Assembly: GCA_964016885.1 (NCBI GenBank) | Contig: OZ024741.1 | Coordinates: forward strand, 131,564,001-131,628,000 | Source: Eledone cirrhosa | Taxonomy: Eukaryota | DNA: 64,000 nucleotides | Direction: 5' to 3' | In this document: in pieces, positions 13,170-25,620 of the stretch | Numbering within the stretch: the first letter of the stretch is position 1 | Layout of the letters: each line of letters starts with the position of its first letter | Made by a program: the position numbers and the translations under genes | The notes under the pieces: generated by a model | The model's input: the letters and a program-made list of their open reading frames with translations, nothing else | Database searches by the model: none | Told to the model about the DNA's origin: nothing

Positions 13170-15323
13170 GTATTACCACCAGTAAGACCAGTAGCGGCAG
13201 CAATAGTGGTGCTGCTGAAAAAGGAACCACTTCTTTTGCAGGTGTCGCCTGAAATATCGAGACAGTGTTAGTTACAGAGGAGGAGATGGCAGTCGCAAGT
13301 GCCATGGTGACAAGAAGCGCCAATAGAGTCTCCCTGAACTTCCACCCGATATTTTCAAGGACCAGCAGCTACGGACGGTGACTTACCACACCGTAAGCAA
13401 AATCTCACATCGCGTGGAGAGAGCCACGGAGGCTCAAATCCCAAAGGCCTTGGGGTGCGTCTGGGCACGCAAAACTCACATCACCCGAGGCAGAAAGTAC
13501 GCCACAATAGACGTACTTTTCGCCCCCCCCCCCCAGGAAGCAAAGTCTCACTCTTTGGAAACCCTAAAGAGTGAGGAGATAGTCTTGGTGCCCTCCTACT
13601 GTGGGCAGAAAATTGTGAGGGTCAAAGTGACCCAGGTCCCACCCGACGTGCCCATACCTTGGCTGGCCGCGTCTGTCCTTGCTGGAATCGAGGACAGGAC
13701 GACCATGCTGCAAGTAGAGAAAATAGGGAGAGAGAACTGGTCAGGTATAGGCATGCAAATGCTTATACAAACTGACCAGGAATGTATCGACGCTATCCCC
13801 GATATCATAGCCAGCGAGGAAGGACTCCAACTCCCTATAAGCGTAGAAGGAAGACGGGCAAAATGTTATCTCTGTGGGTCGAAGGGTCACCTCAGGTGCC
13901 TTTTGCCCGCAGAAGACAGCGAAGAAGAAGGCCCCTCTCCTTCCAATACCTGGTCCGCTGCTACCAAGAGCAGGGCAGGAAACAAACGCAGAAGCCCCTT
14001 CCACGGTGAGTACTGCTACTGGGGTCCTGATCAACTTGGATCTATCCAAAACATTCGATAGGGTCGACCATCGGTACCTGGCGGCGGTCCTCGAGGCAGC
14101 CGTTTTCAGGGGTTGGATTGCTAAGATGTACAGTGACATATGCTCAGTTTTGAGGGTGATCGGTCACCTGTCGCAGCCGTTCAACATCATGCGCTCAGTC
14201 CGACAGGGTTGTCCCCTCTCGTCCCTCTTGTACGTATTGGCTCTCGAGCCGTTACTGCACAAACTGGGGGCGATGAGGGGCGTCCCACGCTAACTAGGAT
14301 GCGGGAAATCCGAGTCGGCTTACGCCGACGACGTCACCGTGGTGGTGTCGAGCACCAGGCACGTCCAGATGCTCGGCACCGCTCTCAAGGAAAACGAAGC
14401 GGTGATAGATAAACCAGGAAGAGTCGGTGGCCTTGCAGCTCGGCACCTGGAGAGGCAAGTCAATGCCGTCCGACGCTGTCGTGGGGCGTTGGACGGACGG
14501 ACCGGTTAAATTGCTCGGGGTCTGGTCGGACCGGACCTCCAGATGGAGAAAAACTGGAACGAGGTGACGAGCTGGCCTCCCTCACAAAGAAATGGGCTGA
14601 GAGGAAGCTGTCCCTGAAAGGCCGGGTGGAGGTGGCGAATGCGTACATCGCATCCGTCATCTGCTACCGCCTCACCGTCGTCCAACTCTCACCAAAATGA
14701 AGCGCCTCCTGTTCCGCTTTTTGTGGAAGGGACGCGCTCCCATGGTCAGACAATCCATCTGCTGTCAACACCCGTTGCTTGGAGGACTGGGCATGCCATG
14801 GCTGATGATGCGCAAACATGCGCTGAGGCTGCAACATCTCTGGTGCTTCCTTGACGGTGAACAGGTGTGGTCGCCGTTCGCCAGGCACGTTTTCCCACAG
14901 CTCGTCTCCTTGACGGAGCTGCAGTCCTGGGTCAGAAAAAAACCGAGGGATAGCGCTTGGAAACTGGAATGTCTCCAGACGCTCACTGCCCTCTGCCAGC
15001 TGGGCACCAGTATCGGTGGAATATCCACCTCGGCGTTCTATAGAGGACTAGGCGAGATCCTGGGCGTCGAAGAAGATCAGCTGTTTGCTCTCTTCCGGAG
15101 AACTTTCAGCGCGGGGCCTATGGATAACTTCCAAAAATCCCTGGTCTGGCAGTGCTACCGGGGAGCGCTGCCGGTTCGAGATAAGCTCTACAGGCACGGA
15201 AGTGCCGTCAGCCGAGCCTGTCCGAGTGCGCGCAGAGCGACGAAACCGTCGTGCACGCACTCGTTCAGTGCCCGAGCACTGCTGACTTGTGGAACTATGT
15301 CGAACAGTTACTGTCGCGTGTAG
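13170..15323 (+). mobile_element. Internally deleted Tx1 copy (ORF1 joined to mid-RT)
   Basis: ORF1 knuckle CYLCGSKGHL, then at ~14015 jumps to LINLDLSKTFDRVDH, YADD and the C-terminal region. Confidence 0.85.
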
Positions 15324-15325
15324 GA

Positions 15326-16860
15326 ACCACCAACCTTTACAAGAGCCCGGGAGGTAAATAAATCTTTCCTCTGTCTTTTAGCCTGCCAACATGGCCATAT
15401 TAAGAGTAGGATGTTTAAATTTTCGAGGCCTGAGATCGTCCTGGAAGCAGGGTCACCTGCTCAACGACCTTAGTTCTCTAGAAATGGATGTAATTGCCGT
15501 CAGCGAGACCAGGATTTCCGACACGCGCGCACTAGCAACACACACACACACACTTTCGACGACTATCAGATCTTCGCATCTATTAGTCGGCAGGAAATGG
15601 GAGGTGGGGTGGCACTGCTGTTTAGGAAAGGCCTGGATCTCGAGGTAAGGTCGATCTTCCGGGACCTGGACGGTAAGTTGATGGTCTTGAACGGAAACAA
15701 TAGCGAAGGTTGTGCCTTTAGACTGATGGCCGTCTACGCCCCTACCGGTGTAGGACGGCCGGATTTCTTTAGATGCCTGGAAGCCTTTCTGGTTACGTCT
15801 CACCCTTTACTGTTAGCGGGGGTCTGGAACCGCACCTTAGACCCAATCTGGGACTTGTGTTGGTGTATCCGATAGATGCGGGAGGAGCAAAAGCCTCAAG
15901 TACCTAATCAGCCAGTTCCAACTGTTTGACAGGTACTGACTATATTCCCTAATGCGCCAGTGTGGACAGGGACAAAGCGTTTAGAGACATCTAGATCGTA
16001 CTTAGATAGGTTTCTAATTAGATTAGTGGATAAGGATAGTATAGGGTGTCCACAATTACATACGGTCATCTACTCAGATCACAAGTTTGTGATCTGTATG
16101 GTCGACCTAGATAAGACGCGTAGGTTAGGACCTGGTTACTGGAAGCTGAACATGTCATTTCCGGCACGTAAGGCTTACAGGGACCGGGTCAACAATTTAG
16201 TAAAGAAAAAATTGACAGGGGGAGTCGTCAAGAACAGAGATTAGATTAATGTCGATAGAGGTTAGCAAAGAAGTAGCGTTAGAGAAAAATAGAAAGGAGG
16301 GGGAGTTGGTAGATAAGTTAGACGAGGCTATTTGTAGTGGCATTGCTACTGACGCGCTAACGGCGAGAATGGCATTAGATCATTTCTTCAATGCGAAACA
16401 CGAAGGTTCCATTGTCAGAGCTAAGGCGTGTGCTCTGAGAAACAAGGGAACGGAAGCTGTTCGAGGGGCCCGATTGGCAGAGGCGCAGCATGGTAATAAA
16501 ACCACGATTCGGTCTTTGACGAACCGAGACGGACTCGAGCTGAGCGATTCCAAGCAGATGTGTGAGGCATTTCGCCAACATTTTTCTCGGTTGTTCGTGG
16601 GAAGTGGTGGGTCAAAGACGGTGGTGGACTTCAGTCCCTATCTCAATGGCTTGCCGCAACTCTCGACGGCCGAGGCTGAGCGCTGCGAAAGGCCGATTAC
16701 TTCAGCCGAGATTCAGGATGACCTTGTCGGCTGCCATTCCTTAGCTAGTAGCAGCCGTTTTCCCAGATGTTAAGGAAAAAACGACCATACTAGAGTTCTT
16801 CAGAATAAAAAGAGAAAACTGGTCAGGAAGGGGATGGAGCCACTCATCTTAACAGACCAC
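15326..16860 (+). mobile_element. Tx1 fragment: inter-ORF region, APE endonuclease and start of RT, then a short ORF1 piece
   Basis: MAILRVGCLNFRGL..VSET, VYAP, SYLDR, YSDH, GYWKLN; ~16775-16860 resembles ORF1 RENWSG. Confidence 0.85.
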
Positions 16861-16959
16861 GACTTTATCGATCCGATATTTGATAACACCCCTTAAAGAC
16901 ACAAGTTACACCCCTTAAAGCCACAAGTCTTCACACCTGGCAAAACTACTATCATAATA

Positions 16960-17770
16960 TTTCCATAGAAAATACTTTCTTATTGTACAACTCCTAACAT
17001 CGCCTAAAACATCGTTTCTTCTAACCTAGCTAAACTCAATTTAAGTAGAATACACACAGACCAAGTCATTAACCGAACCAGACAATACAACTGCACTGGG
17101 CGAAGTAAATGCGCACATAACATTAAATGAGCGGGAGAAAATCATGTATGAATGTGCAATGTTATAAACTACTACTATAAACAAAGTGTATACAGGTTTT
17201 ATTGCCTGCAAATTCTAAACAACATTTTACCCGCATAAACACAGCTTTAGAAACGCCGCCCGGAAAAACCAACGACACTATCGAATCATATATGCGATCT
17301 TCGAGAAAAATGCATCTTTTATGTTGTAATTGAGTATATTGACCAAGGCGAAACCATACACAGGAGTCTCTTTCCATGTAATCTCTGCTCCGAAAAAAGC
17401 ATAAACGTATCCGTCGTTTGACTCAAACATCCCATACACAACTCTACGATATAAATAACCATAATGCTAAGACACTATTCATATGCTTTCTATTACATTA
17501 GGTCAAATATCCCGACCCCATAACATTCCCCAACGACTATATACATTTCTACAACATTAAAGCATATACATTTCTACAAGATAACTAACTCCTTAAACCT
17601 ATACCCCATAGCAACAGAGACTGAAACTAAATATACACTCCACTAAACGTATAGTACTAAGTAACGCCTCCTATACAACACTGTGGCACCTACATCGCTT
17701 AAACATTTCCTGTAGAATAAGGGATACATATTAATAGGTGTAACTACCCCAACAATTGAGATAGACGGTA
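16960..17770 (+). mobile_element. Highly degenerate Penelope-like element (Hydra-type GIY-YIG)
   Basis: Manual translation across frameshifts: LSYCTTPNI, YNCTGRSKC, KVYTG, HKHSFRN, TLSNHI, CNLCSEK, colinear with 25271-25620; ends at (TA)n. Confidence 0.6.
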
Positions 17771-17836
17771 TATATATATTTAGAAAAAAGGAAGAGATAC
17801 GGTTTTACGTATTCAACTTCATTGTTCTTACATCAA

Positions 17837-17911
17837 ACCTGCTACATACATTTCAAAGGCGTTAAAATGTCCTTCCGTAATAGGTATTTATTGCGCTGCC
17901 GTCAGACAAGT
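17837..17911 (-). ncRNA. Degenerate type-I hammerhead-like motif
   Basis: Minus strand: acttgt-CUGACGG...GAAA-tgtatg-UA-gcaggt; 6-bp stem I with G-U pairs, A9G change, poor stem II. Confidence 0.35.
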
Positions 17912-18149
17912 GCTGAAAATGTAAACAATATTTCGTTTTGGCTTTTGATTTTTGATATGCCTGTCGTTGAAGGAATGTTGTCCATTCAGGGTTACGACAA
18001 GTATGTGCTATATCATCCAAATTTGCTTTAAAGTCCTTTTAAAAGCCAGTATGGAATGAGCAAAAAAATGAACAGTCTGGGACATTTTTAGTAGATTGAC
18101 CTACTGTCACTTCCTACCATCACCACAGTAACTCCAATCCTCTACCTCT

Positions 18150-18535
18150 GGATTGTCAGCGCCAATATATATAAGCAACCGACTGCAGTTGATCCAGGTG
18201 GATCCACAAGCGAGGTCAACCAAACTAGTCGATGCTATCCAACTATCTTACTGGTGGCGTAACTCTGGCTTTCCAGCCAGTTGGTTCTGTCCGTAAAAGC
18301 TGTCCAGCGATTCTTTCTTAAGACATTCTAACCATATGTCTGTTGTTCCGAAGTTGTATTCTCTCTATTCACGGAAGTAGCTGATCTATCTAGGAGTTAC
18401 TGATCTCCGAACTACGCACCCTATCGAGTAATGTTACACGATTGTCCCTTCGAAGGAACTCCATTTCGTCTGTTTTTATTAGCTATCGTATTATTTTAAT
18501 TAACCAAAATTCATGACCATAGGTAAGGGTTGACC
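18150..18535 (-). mobile_element. RTE (Expander/Rex3-like) C-terminal remnant
   Basis: Manual translation PTLTYGHEFW..EMEFLRR..VTLLDRVRSSEI; lower boundary approximate. Confidence 0.7.
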
Positions 18536-19617
18536 CGATCACCGAATTAGAGATAACGAGTTTGGATTTCTTATATATTATTTCTATCCTTAATAACAGA
18601 ATTTTTTAACTTATCTAAATAGAATTCTGAAAATGTCAAGTTTTGTTGATTATTTCAGTTTATACATTTCATTTAGTATTATTTATATCAATAAACACAA
18701 GTTCATTACGATTTTATTATTTGAAAATGTATCCTTCTAAAAGACAACTAATTCATTTTCATAAGCTCAACCCTATCAAATAATCATTGTAACGTAATAT
18801 ATTTAATGAATCAATTATTAAAACTGCAAAAAATATTGTCTTGATATTTGGTTATAATAAGATTAATAACGGGAAAATTATCTAATGTATTATTTGGGAA
18901 AATGGTCTGAACTTGGCACGATATAGTCATATCAAAGATATATCTCTGTTCAACACACACGCACTTGAAATCCTATGATAAGTGAATTTTAAATGAAAGT
19001 TGGTTATGAAGTACTACAGGGTAGTAGGAAAGAAACTCCCTATTGAAAATGCAAGATGTTTTACCTACTGTGACCACAAGATGGGGCCCCCACCTCATTT
19101 TGCATGCACTCCGTTAATAGCTTTCTGTCTAATTTCTAGGACGTTGGCTGAGTCGTCGAGGTCAACATACGATTTCTTCCTCTGGCGGTGGACGAAGGAA
19201 GACATGTATTGCTCTTGAAACTAAATATATACCATGCTAAAAGGATTTAGGAAAATGTTCTGTTTTTCTTTAATGATAGTTTTTTCTAATCCGGAACTAT
19301 TTCAATCATGAAAAGAAGTTCTGCAAAATATTGAAAGTCTATCGTTAAAAATAAACATATTTATTTCAAAATAATAAACAAATGACAAGAATATGGATAT
19401 CAAGTCGTATGTATATGATGGAAAAAAAGACGTCAAATGAATTAACAAAACATAGGGTGTACAAAGAATATTCTAAGTAAAATTCCTTAGTAAAAACATA
19501 CATCCAAGAAAGGAGAAATATTTGGAAACATAAATAAATAGACTTTTAAACTTTAATCCTGTTATCTCAACAAGATTTGTCCTCTATTAAAAACTTATCA
19601 GTGAAAAATATAAATAA

Positions 19618-19816
19618 TAAGAAATAGACGCTTTCGCCGGATTTTTTTACGAAAGAAATTTTAGCCTGATAGGGGGGTTTAGAACCCTCTAAGAAATGGA
19701 AAAATGTGAGTAATAACGTCAATACTCATTTTTTCCATTTCTTAGAGGGTTCTAAACCCCCCTATCAGGCTAAAATATATTTAGTCAAAAAATAGCGCGA
19801 ATGTTTCTATTTCTAA
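19618..19816. repeat. Foldback inverted repeat
   Basis: 19659-19712 vs 19724-19775 nearly perfect; outer arms degenerate. Confidence 0.85.
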
Positions 19817-20398
19817 TATTAAACTCGCTCGCTGTTTCAAAACATAATTATAATTAGGAAGATATATTTTTCTTCTTTTGATGCAGCCAAGTAATACCTT
19901 TCTAAATTATATACTATCCCAAACAGAACACGTGGAATTACCTTCATATACAGATAGAGAGCAGCCATAAATTTAATTACATATGGAGCATAGACGAATG
20001 GTTTAGAATATTGCTTAGTAACCATAAGGTCTCAGGTCGACCCAAGCTGTGACATTGAAATTGTGTATACAGAAACCAATCGGGTAGACTATAGCTGCAA
20101 TTAGAAGGGCCACCCTTCTCAAAAACTACGTCAAACTTTATCCTACCGAGAATCACGTTATGATTACATGTGACTGTGGAAAATCTCAGCTTCTTACATG
20201 TAAATTTCATGAGTAGGTTGTTCCGGTAATCGAATAACAGGAACGCACATCGTGGAAACTGACGGAGGTCCATTCCATATTCCATGAAATATAGTGGTGC
20301 GCCAAAGCATGAGAATTCACTTATTCAATTAATATTTAGCTATCAACTATTATTATAGTTATCTACGCTGTAGAAACTATATTTTCATACACACACAC

Positions 20399-20519
<121 letters not shown>

Positions 20520-20531
20520 TGTGTGCGTGTA

Positions 20532-20576
<45 letters not shown>

Positions 20577-20989
20577 TGTATCTAGACGTCTATCTGTATT
20601 TCCCATATTTTTCACTGTCACTCTAGCCCCCTCTCAACCCCCCACACACTCACACATCTATATGCATCTGTTCCGCTCTAGATCTATCTATTACATAATT
20701 TATCTCCCGCTTTTACTCTCGTGTTTTTATTCTAATGTTAAAAGTAGAGAGAGACAGTGAGAAAGATTGGGTTGCGGTGGGGTGTTCTGTAAGAGCGGAT
20801 ATCCTGAGAATATGGGACAGTTTTTGCCAGAAACTGGGGATGCGTGGGAGCAGAAGCCAGTATTGTGTCATTTAGAAAACAAAACAGGTTAGGCTTACAT
20901 ATTATCTATGTCTGTAACAGATTTAACCATTCTTTTGAAACAATCTGGCATCAGAGATTTCTGAAGGTGATGTGTGGTGGAACAAAAAG

Positions 20990-22110
20990 AGAACAAAAAT
21001 AAAATAAAAAGGAAAAATACAAAACAAAAACAAAATAATTATACCAAAGATAAGAGCAACATCATGAACGTCGTAGAACCAACCACCGCCATCAACGTAA
21101 CCATCAACACCACCACGACAACCACTACTACCACCACCATAAGGAACATCAACAATAAAAGCCGTTCCCGCCCCCACAATCACCACCAACACCACAATCA
21201 ACACCATCACCACCACCACTATCATTATCCCCATCACCACCAATAACAACACCACAACCAACACCAACACCACAACCACTAACAACATCATGATCTACAC
21301 CAACATCATCATCACCACCATCATCACAATCATCACCAGCAAAACAACAACACTGCCGCTCCCACAACCACAATCAACATCATAGCCAACACCTCAGCGC
21401 CACCTTCACAACCGTCCACGCAGTGTGTCGTAAGTCATCTTCACAGTTGTTCTCAAGAATTAACTAAATCATCACCATCACCATTACCATCACCATCACC
21501 ATCATCACCACAATCGCCATCATCACCGCCATCATCATAACCACCATCATCACCACGATCTCCGCCATCACCACCATCATGACTATCAACACCTTCATCA
21601 CCACCATCATCACTATCACCACCACCATCATCATCATCACCATCATCAGCATCGTCATCACCACCGTCAACATCATCATCATCACCACCATCATCATAAC
21701 CACCATCATCACCACCATCATCAAAACCACCATCATCACCACCATCACTCTCACCACCATCATCACTATCACCACCATCATCATCACCATCATCAGCATC
21801 GTCATCACCACCGTCAACATCATCACCATCACCACCATCATCACCATCATCATCACCATCATCATCACCACCATCACCATTACCACCATCACCTTCACAC
21901 CATCATCGCTAGATTTATCACCAGCAACATCACTACCATCACTATCACCACCATCATCGTTAGATGTATCACCATCACCACCACCACCACCTCCATCACT
22001 ATCTTCATCACCAACATAATCACCAGCATCACCACGTTGATGATCGGCAGAATGACGCAAGCTACAACACCAAATACTACTACTACTATTCTACCACCAC
22101 CTCCACCAAT
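20990..22110. repeat. (CAC/CAT/CAA)n low-complexity tract
   Basis: Trinucleotide mosaic with an internal ~75-bp duplication (~21601 and ~21754). Confidence 0.9.
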
Positions 22111-22350
22111 GAGCAGGATTAAAGCACTCAATACAGTCATTTATTTACTTGTCTGTTCTTTAGAAATATTTAATGTGAAGAGAGAGAGAGAGAGAATGTT
22201 TATAATGTTCCCTTTCTTTTAATGTAATTAATTATTTTAGAGTGATTCTGTAACAAGACATTGAAGCCGCTTACTCAACGGTTGAATTATTTCGTTTGGT
22301 AAATCCTGTGGTAGTTCCACTATAAGATTCCAAATGTAACAATTTACAAA

Positions 22351-22603
22351 AATCATTTAAAATCCCACATTCCAGAAGAGTGAGATCATCACTTATTGCA
22401 TAACAGTGACACGTATTTCTTTGTATGTATTATGTAAGCGGTCAAGGGTCGCTAATTTTGATTTTTCAATCAAATTAAACCGAATCTAATTTTGAGTAAT
22501 TGCATTCGATTATATTAGCGATCCTAGACCGATTATATAAATAAACAGAAATGCGTGTTAATGTAATGATCTCACTCTTCTCGAATGTGGTGTTTTAAAT
22601 TAT
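22351..22603. repeat. Old degenerate foldback (~250 bp)
   Basis: Nested complementary blocks: gaagagtgagatcat/atgatctcactcttc, acacgtatttct/agaaatgcgtgt, cggtcaagggtcgctaat/attagcgatcctagaccg. Confidence 0.75.
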
Positions 22604-23069
22604 TGATATAAACACTTCTCTATGCCCTACTCCCCTTTCCGCCATTTTTATATTTCATCTGCTTGTCACCCACCTTGTGGATTATCTCCCTGTTGACCAC
22701 TGGCCGCTGATCTCTGTCGTCTGATGCACTTTTACCAATAGTTGTCTTTGGCAGCATTTAACTGATTTAACGGCTGTTCTAGAGATGAGTTTTGTTATTT
22801 TTATATTATTCAAATACTCTCTTGCTGCGTCTCGATCAGATACAAAATTGTTTTTTCATTTATATATATATATGTATATGTATAATATATATATATACAT
22901 ATATATATATGTGTGTATATATATATATATATGTGCAAAAGTTTTATTTAAAATTGTTGGGTTACAACAAGTAAATATTTTATAACCGATATAAAAGGCT
23001 GCCTCCTTTCTTAATGGTCGCTTATATTTATGGTACGTCAAAATTATTTATAAAACTGTTTATATATTG

Positions 23070-23135
23070 TATTTTATCTGACGAAGGCATGCCATATTTT
23101 TAATATGGTATCCCTGAAATATGTATAATGAAATA
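23070..23135 (+). ncRNA. Type-I hammerhead ribozyme
   Basis: Stem I tattttat/atgaaata; CUGACGA 23078-84; 14-bp stem II with one mismatch; GAAA 23116-19; stem III ATA-tg-TAT; predicted cut after A23127; distal tatttataaaac/gttttataaata pairing. Confidence 0.8.
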
Positions 23136-23211
23136 AATATGGTTTTATAAATATAGTTTCCATTTGTTTAATATCGTATATATATGTGTATATTTATATA
23201 CATATTTATAT

Positions 23212-23756
23212 GTCAAAGTGACATTATTGAAAAAATGAGAGGGACAATTCTTTTAGAAAAAGAGTTTTATAATGTATATAAAGTATATAAAGTATATAAA
23301 GTATTACCGGTTTCGATGTATTAGTAAAATCCATCTTATCAAATGTTAAGTACTACAATTAAAAAGAATTAATAAGAATTAAAAATTAAAAATTAAAGAT
23401 TTAAAATTAAGTGTTGAGGCAAGTTTTTTTTATTCTTCCTTGCCTCAACATTTAATTCTAAATCTTTAATTTTTACTTTTTAATTCTTATTAATTCTTTT
23501 TAATTGTAATACTCAACATTTGATAAGATGGAATTTAATAATACATCGAAACCGGTAATACTTTATATACTTTATATACATTATAAAACTCTTTTTCTAA
23601 AAGAATTGTCCCTCTCATTTTTTCAATAATGTCACTTTGACGAATCAAAGAAAGGAAAAATGAAAAGAAAAACAGATCCTTAAATATATTTTCCGTGCTA
23701 CTTCCAGTTTCACCTTTTCTCTATAACCACTGTTTTCTATGGAACCTTACTTCCCT

Positions 23757-23760
<4 letters not shown>
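23212..23760 (+). mobile_element. Foldback + tail element in (TA)n (putative PLE pLTR derivative)
   Basis: Arms 23212-23423 and 23439-23641, 15-nt spacer, unpaired ~120-bp tail, then (TA)n. Confidence 0.75.
23518..23560 (+). ncRNA. Hammerhead motif with U3-A8 core (mirror copy at 23301-23345 on minus)
   Basis: UUGAUAA-gatg...catc-GAAA-CCGG-UA; palindromic stem III; proximal stem I only 2 bp. Confidence 0.5.
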
Positions 23761-23802
<42 letters not shown>

Positions 23803-23810
<8 letters not shown>

Positions 23811-24021
23811 ATGCTTTGGGACGGCCATGTTGCCAATAAGAAACACACGCACCAGTTGCTTTCACTCCAATTTATTATAAATTTAATTTATAATAAATTG
23901 GAGTGAAAGTTACTGGTGCGTGTGTTTCTTATTGGCAACATGACCCTCCCAAAGCATAACAATATCGGTTTCAACACGCGTTTTCAGATAAAGAGTCTTG
24001 CTAAACAAATTCATAAACGAA

Positions 24022-24022
<1 letters not shown>
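23803..24022 (+). mobile_element. Foldback + tail element in (TA)n
   Basis: Arms 23803-23883 and 23885-23965 with a 1-nt centre, 57-bp tail; arm start recurs at ~25770-25815. Confidence 0.8.
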
Positions 24023-24074
<52 letters not shown>

Positions 24075-24197
24075 GGAGGTGAGTTTTATTGTAGTACAAT
24101 AAAGCAATGCAGATATCGGATAAGAAGCACTCTACAGTTTGTAGGACTGGAGTATACATAATATATAAGATCAAAAGATGGTTAAAAGAGTTCCATG

Positions 24198-24268
24198 TAT
24201 TTTATTATGCGCATTTCAAAAACAAATATCATCATGCAATAATATTTGTGTTTTCATCGGATAAAATA
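24198..24268 (-). ncRNA. Type-I hammerhead ribozyme in the PLE terminal repeat
   Basis: Perfect stem I tattttat/ataaaata; CCGAUGA core (U4C); ~15-bp stem II; GAAA; palindromic stem III ATGCGCAT; UA cleavage site. Confidence 0.8.
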
Positions 24269-25270
24269 GGAAGACATGATATGAAGGTTAAAAAACACTT
24301 GTGAATAGTGCAGTTTTAAATCAACATATGAAAAGTAGTTTTAGATTGATGTGTGATATTGGGAAAAACAATTTTTGAGGGGGGGGGTTGAAAAAGAGGA
24401 GGAGATGAGAGTAAAAAGTGGAGGGGGAGGAGTATAATGAGGAAGGATGAGATAGGAGGAGAGATGGGTGATAGAGAGAGAGAGATAGCTTTTATAACTG
24501 AGAAAAATATATTGTTTTACATAGAGAGGTTGAAAAACCGTTGGAAGATAATATATAAATTAAAAGAATTTGAAAATTAACGAAGAGAAAAATAATGTTA
24601 AGTTAAGGTTTGTATATTGAAGGGTTTAATAATATGTGCGGTGAAAAGAAATTGTTAATATGTGTTAAGAATAATATTTAAGGGTTTAATAATATGTGCG
24701 ATGGAAAGAAAATGTTGATATGTATTATTAAAAAAATGTAAAAATATAGCAATAGTAATGTAAGTAAGGATATATTGTGAAAGAAGTAGAAGATAGGATG
24801 AATAAGTTAGATGAGCATGAAAGGGAGAAAAAAATAATGAATTGAGGATGAATAATCTAACGTCAAAAAAAATGTTTATGTTTACGAAGGATTTGTTCAA
24901 GGTGATATAAAGTAAGAATATATTGTACTGTGTAATAATTGTTTCTATGTTAGGCACAATGAGAAAAGGTACAGATTAGGGGTTAGAAATTAAAAGAAAA
25001 GAAAAGGAAAAGGAAGAAAGGGAAGTGATAAATAGGAGTGATATAGAATGAGTAGCTAGTAATATATAATGTATAGTAAATAACTTTGAAATAAGGTAGA
25101 AAGATGGGTATATTTTTAAAGAAGTATATATATATATATGTGCCTTTGAGAAAAGGATTTTAAATTGATAAAGTATTAGATATTAGCTGTATACTTTATG
25201 GAATGTTCTGTGGAATTTATGCAAGCAGAGAGAAAACAAGTCAATGCGTCTATTTATTATAGAATCTAAA

Positions 25271-25620
25271 TTAGATATAATGGTAAATTTTTTCATTTAA
25301 ACAGAGATTGCAAGTCTTGGATAGAGAACTGTTCAAGTATGTAGAAGCAGAAGAAACCTTTTTCCAAGAGATGTTATATTTAATATTGTTGTCTTTCAAG
25401 GACCATATGAGTTCTGAGAGTGCCGTGTTGGTTCTTTTAAGTTGGTATTTAAAAGACGAATGATGATTATAAAGACGAGCTTTAAAGGAGGTGGAAGTGG
25501 AGCCAAAATAGGTGAAGGAATTGGTATCAGTTATAACTTTACATTCGTAGATTAAGTTTTTTTTCAAGACAATGGTTGTTGAGAGGACATTTATTTTTAA
25601 CAGGGCAATTGCAATTGCCC
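25271..25620 (-). pseudogene. GIY-YIG endonuclease domain of the PLE
   Basis: CNCPVKNKCPLNNHCL (frameshift in the A-run) then LIYECKV..YFGST..FKARLYNH..SF..TALS..IW..CNLCLNEK. Confidence 0.85.

Noticed and set aside
15353-15382. GT..AG mini-intron before Tx1 ORF2
   Set aside because: Only ~28 nt, and the 37183 copy lacks the AG; GGTAA is more likely the ORF1 stop.
20259-20296. CUGACGG...GAAA motif
   Set aside because: No convincing stems and no UH in register.
20923-22140. Met/Val-, Thr/Ile- and His-rich ORFs
   Set aside because: Translations of a trinucleotide low-complexity tract with no domain signal.
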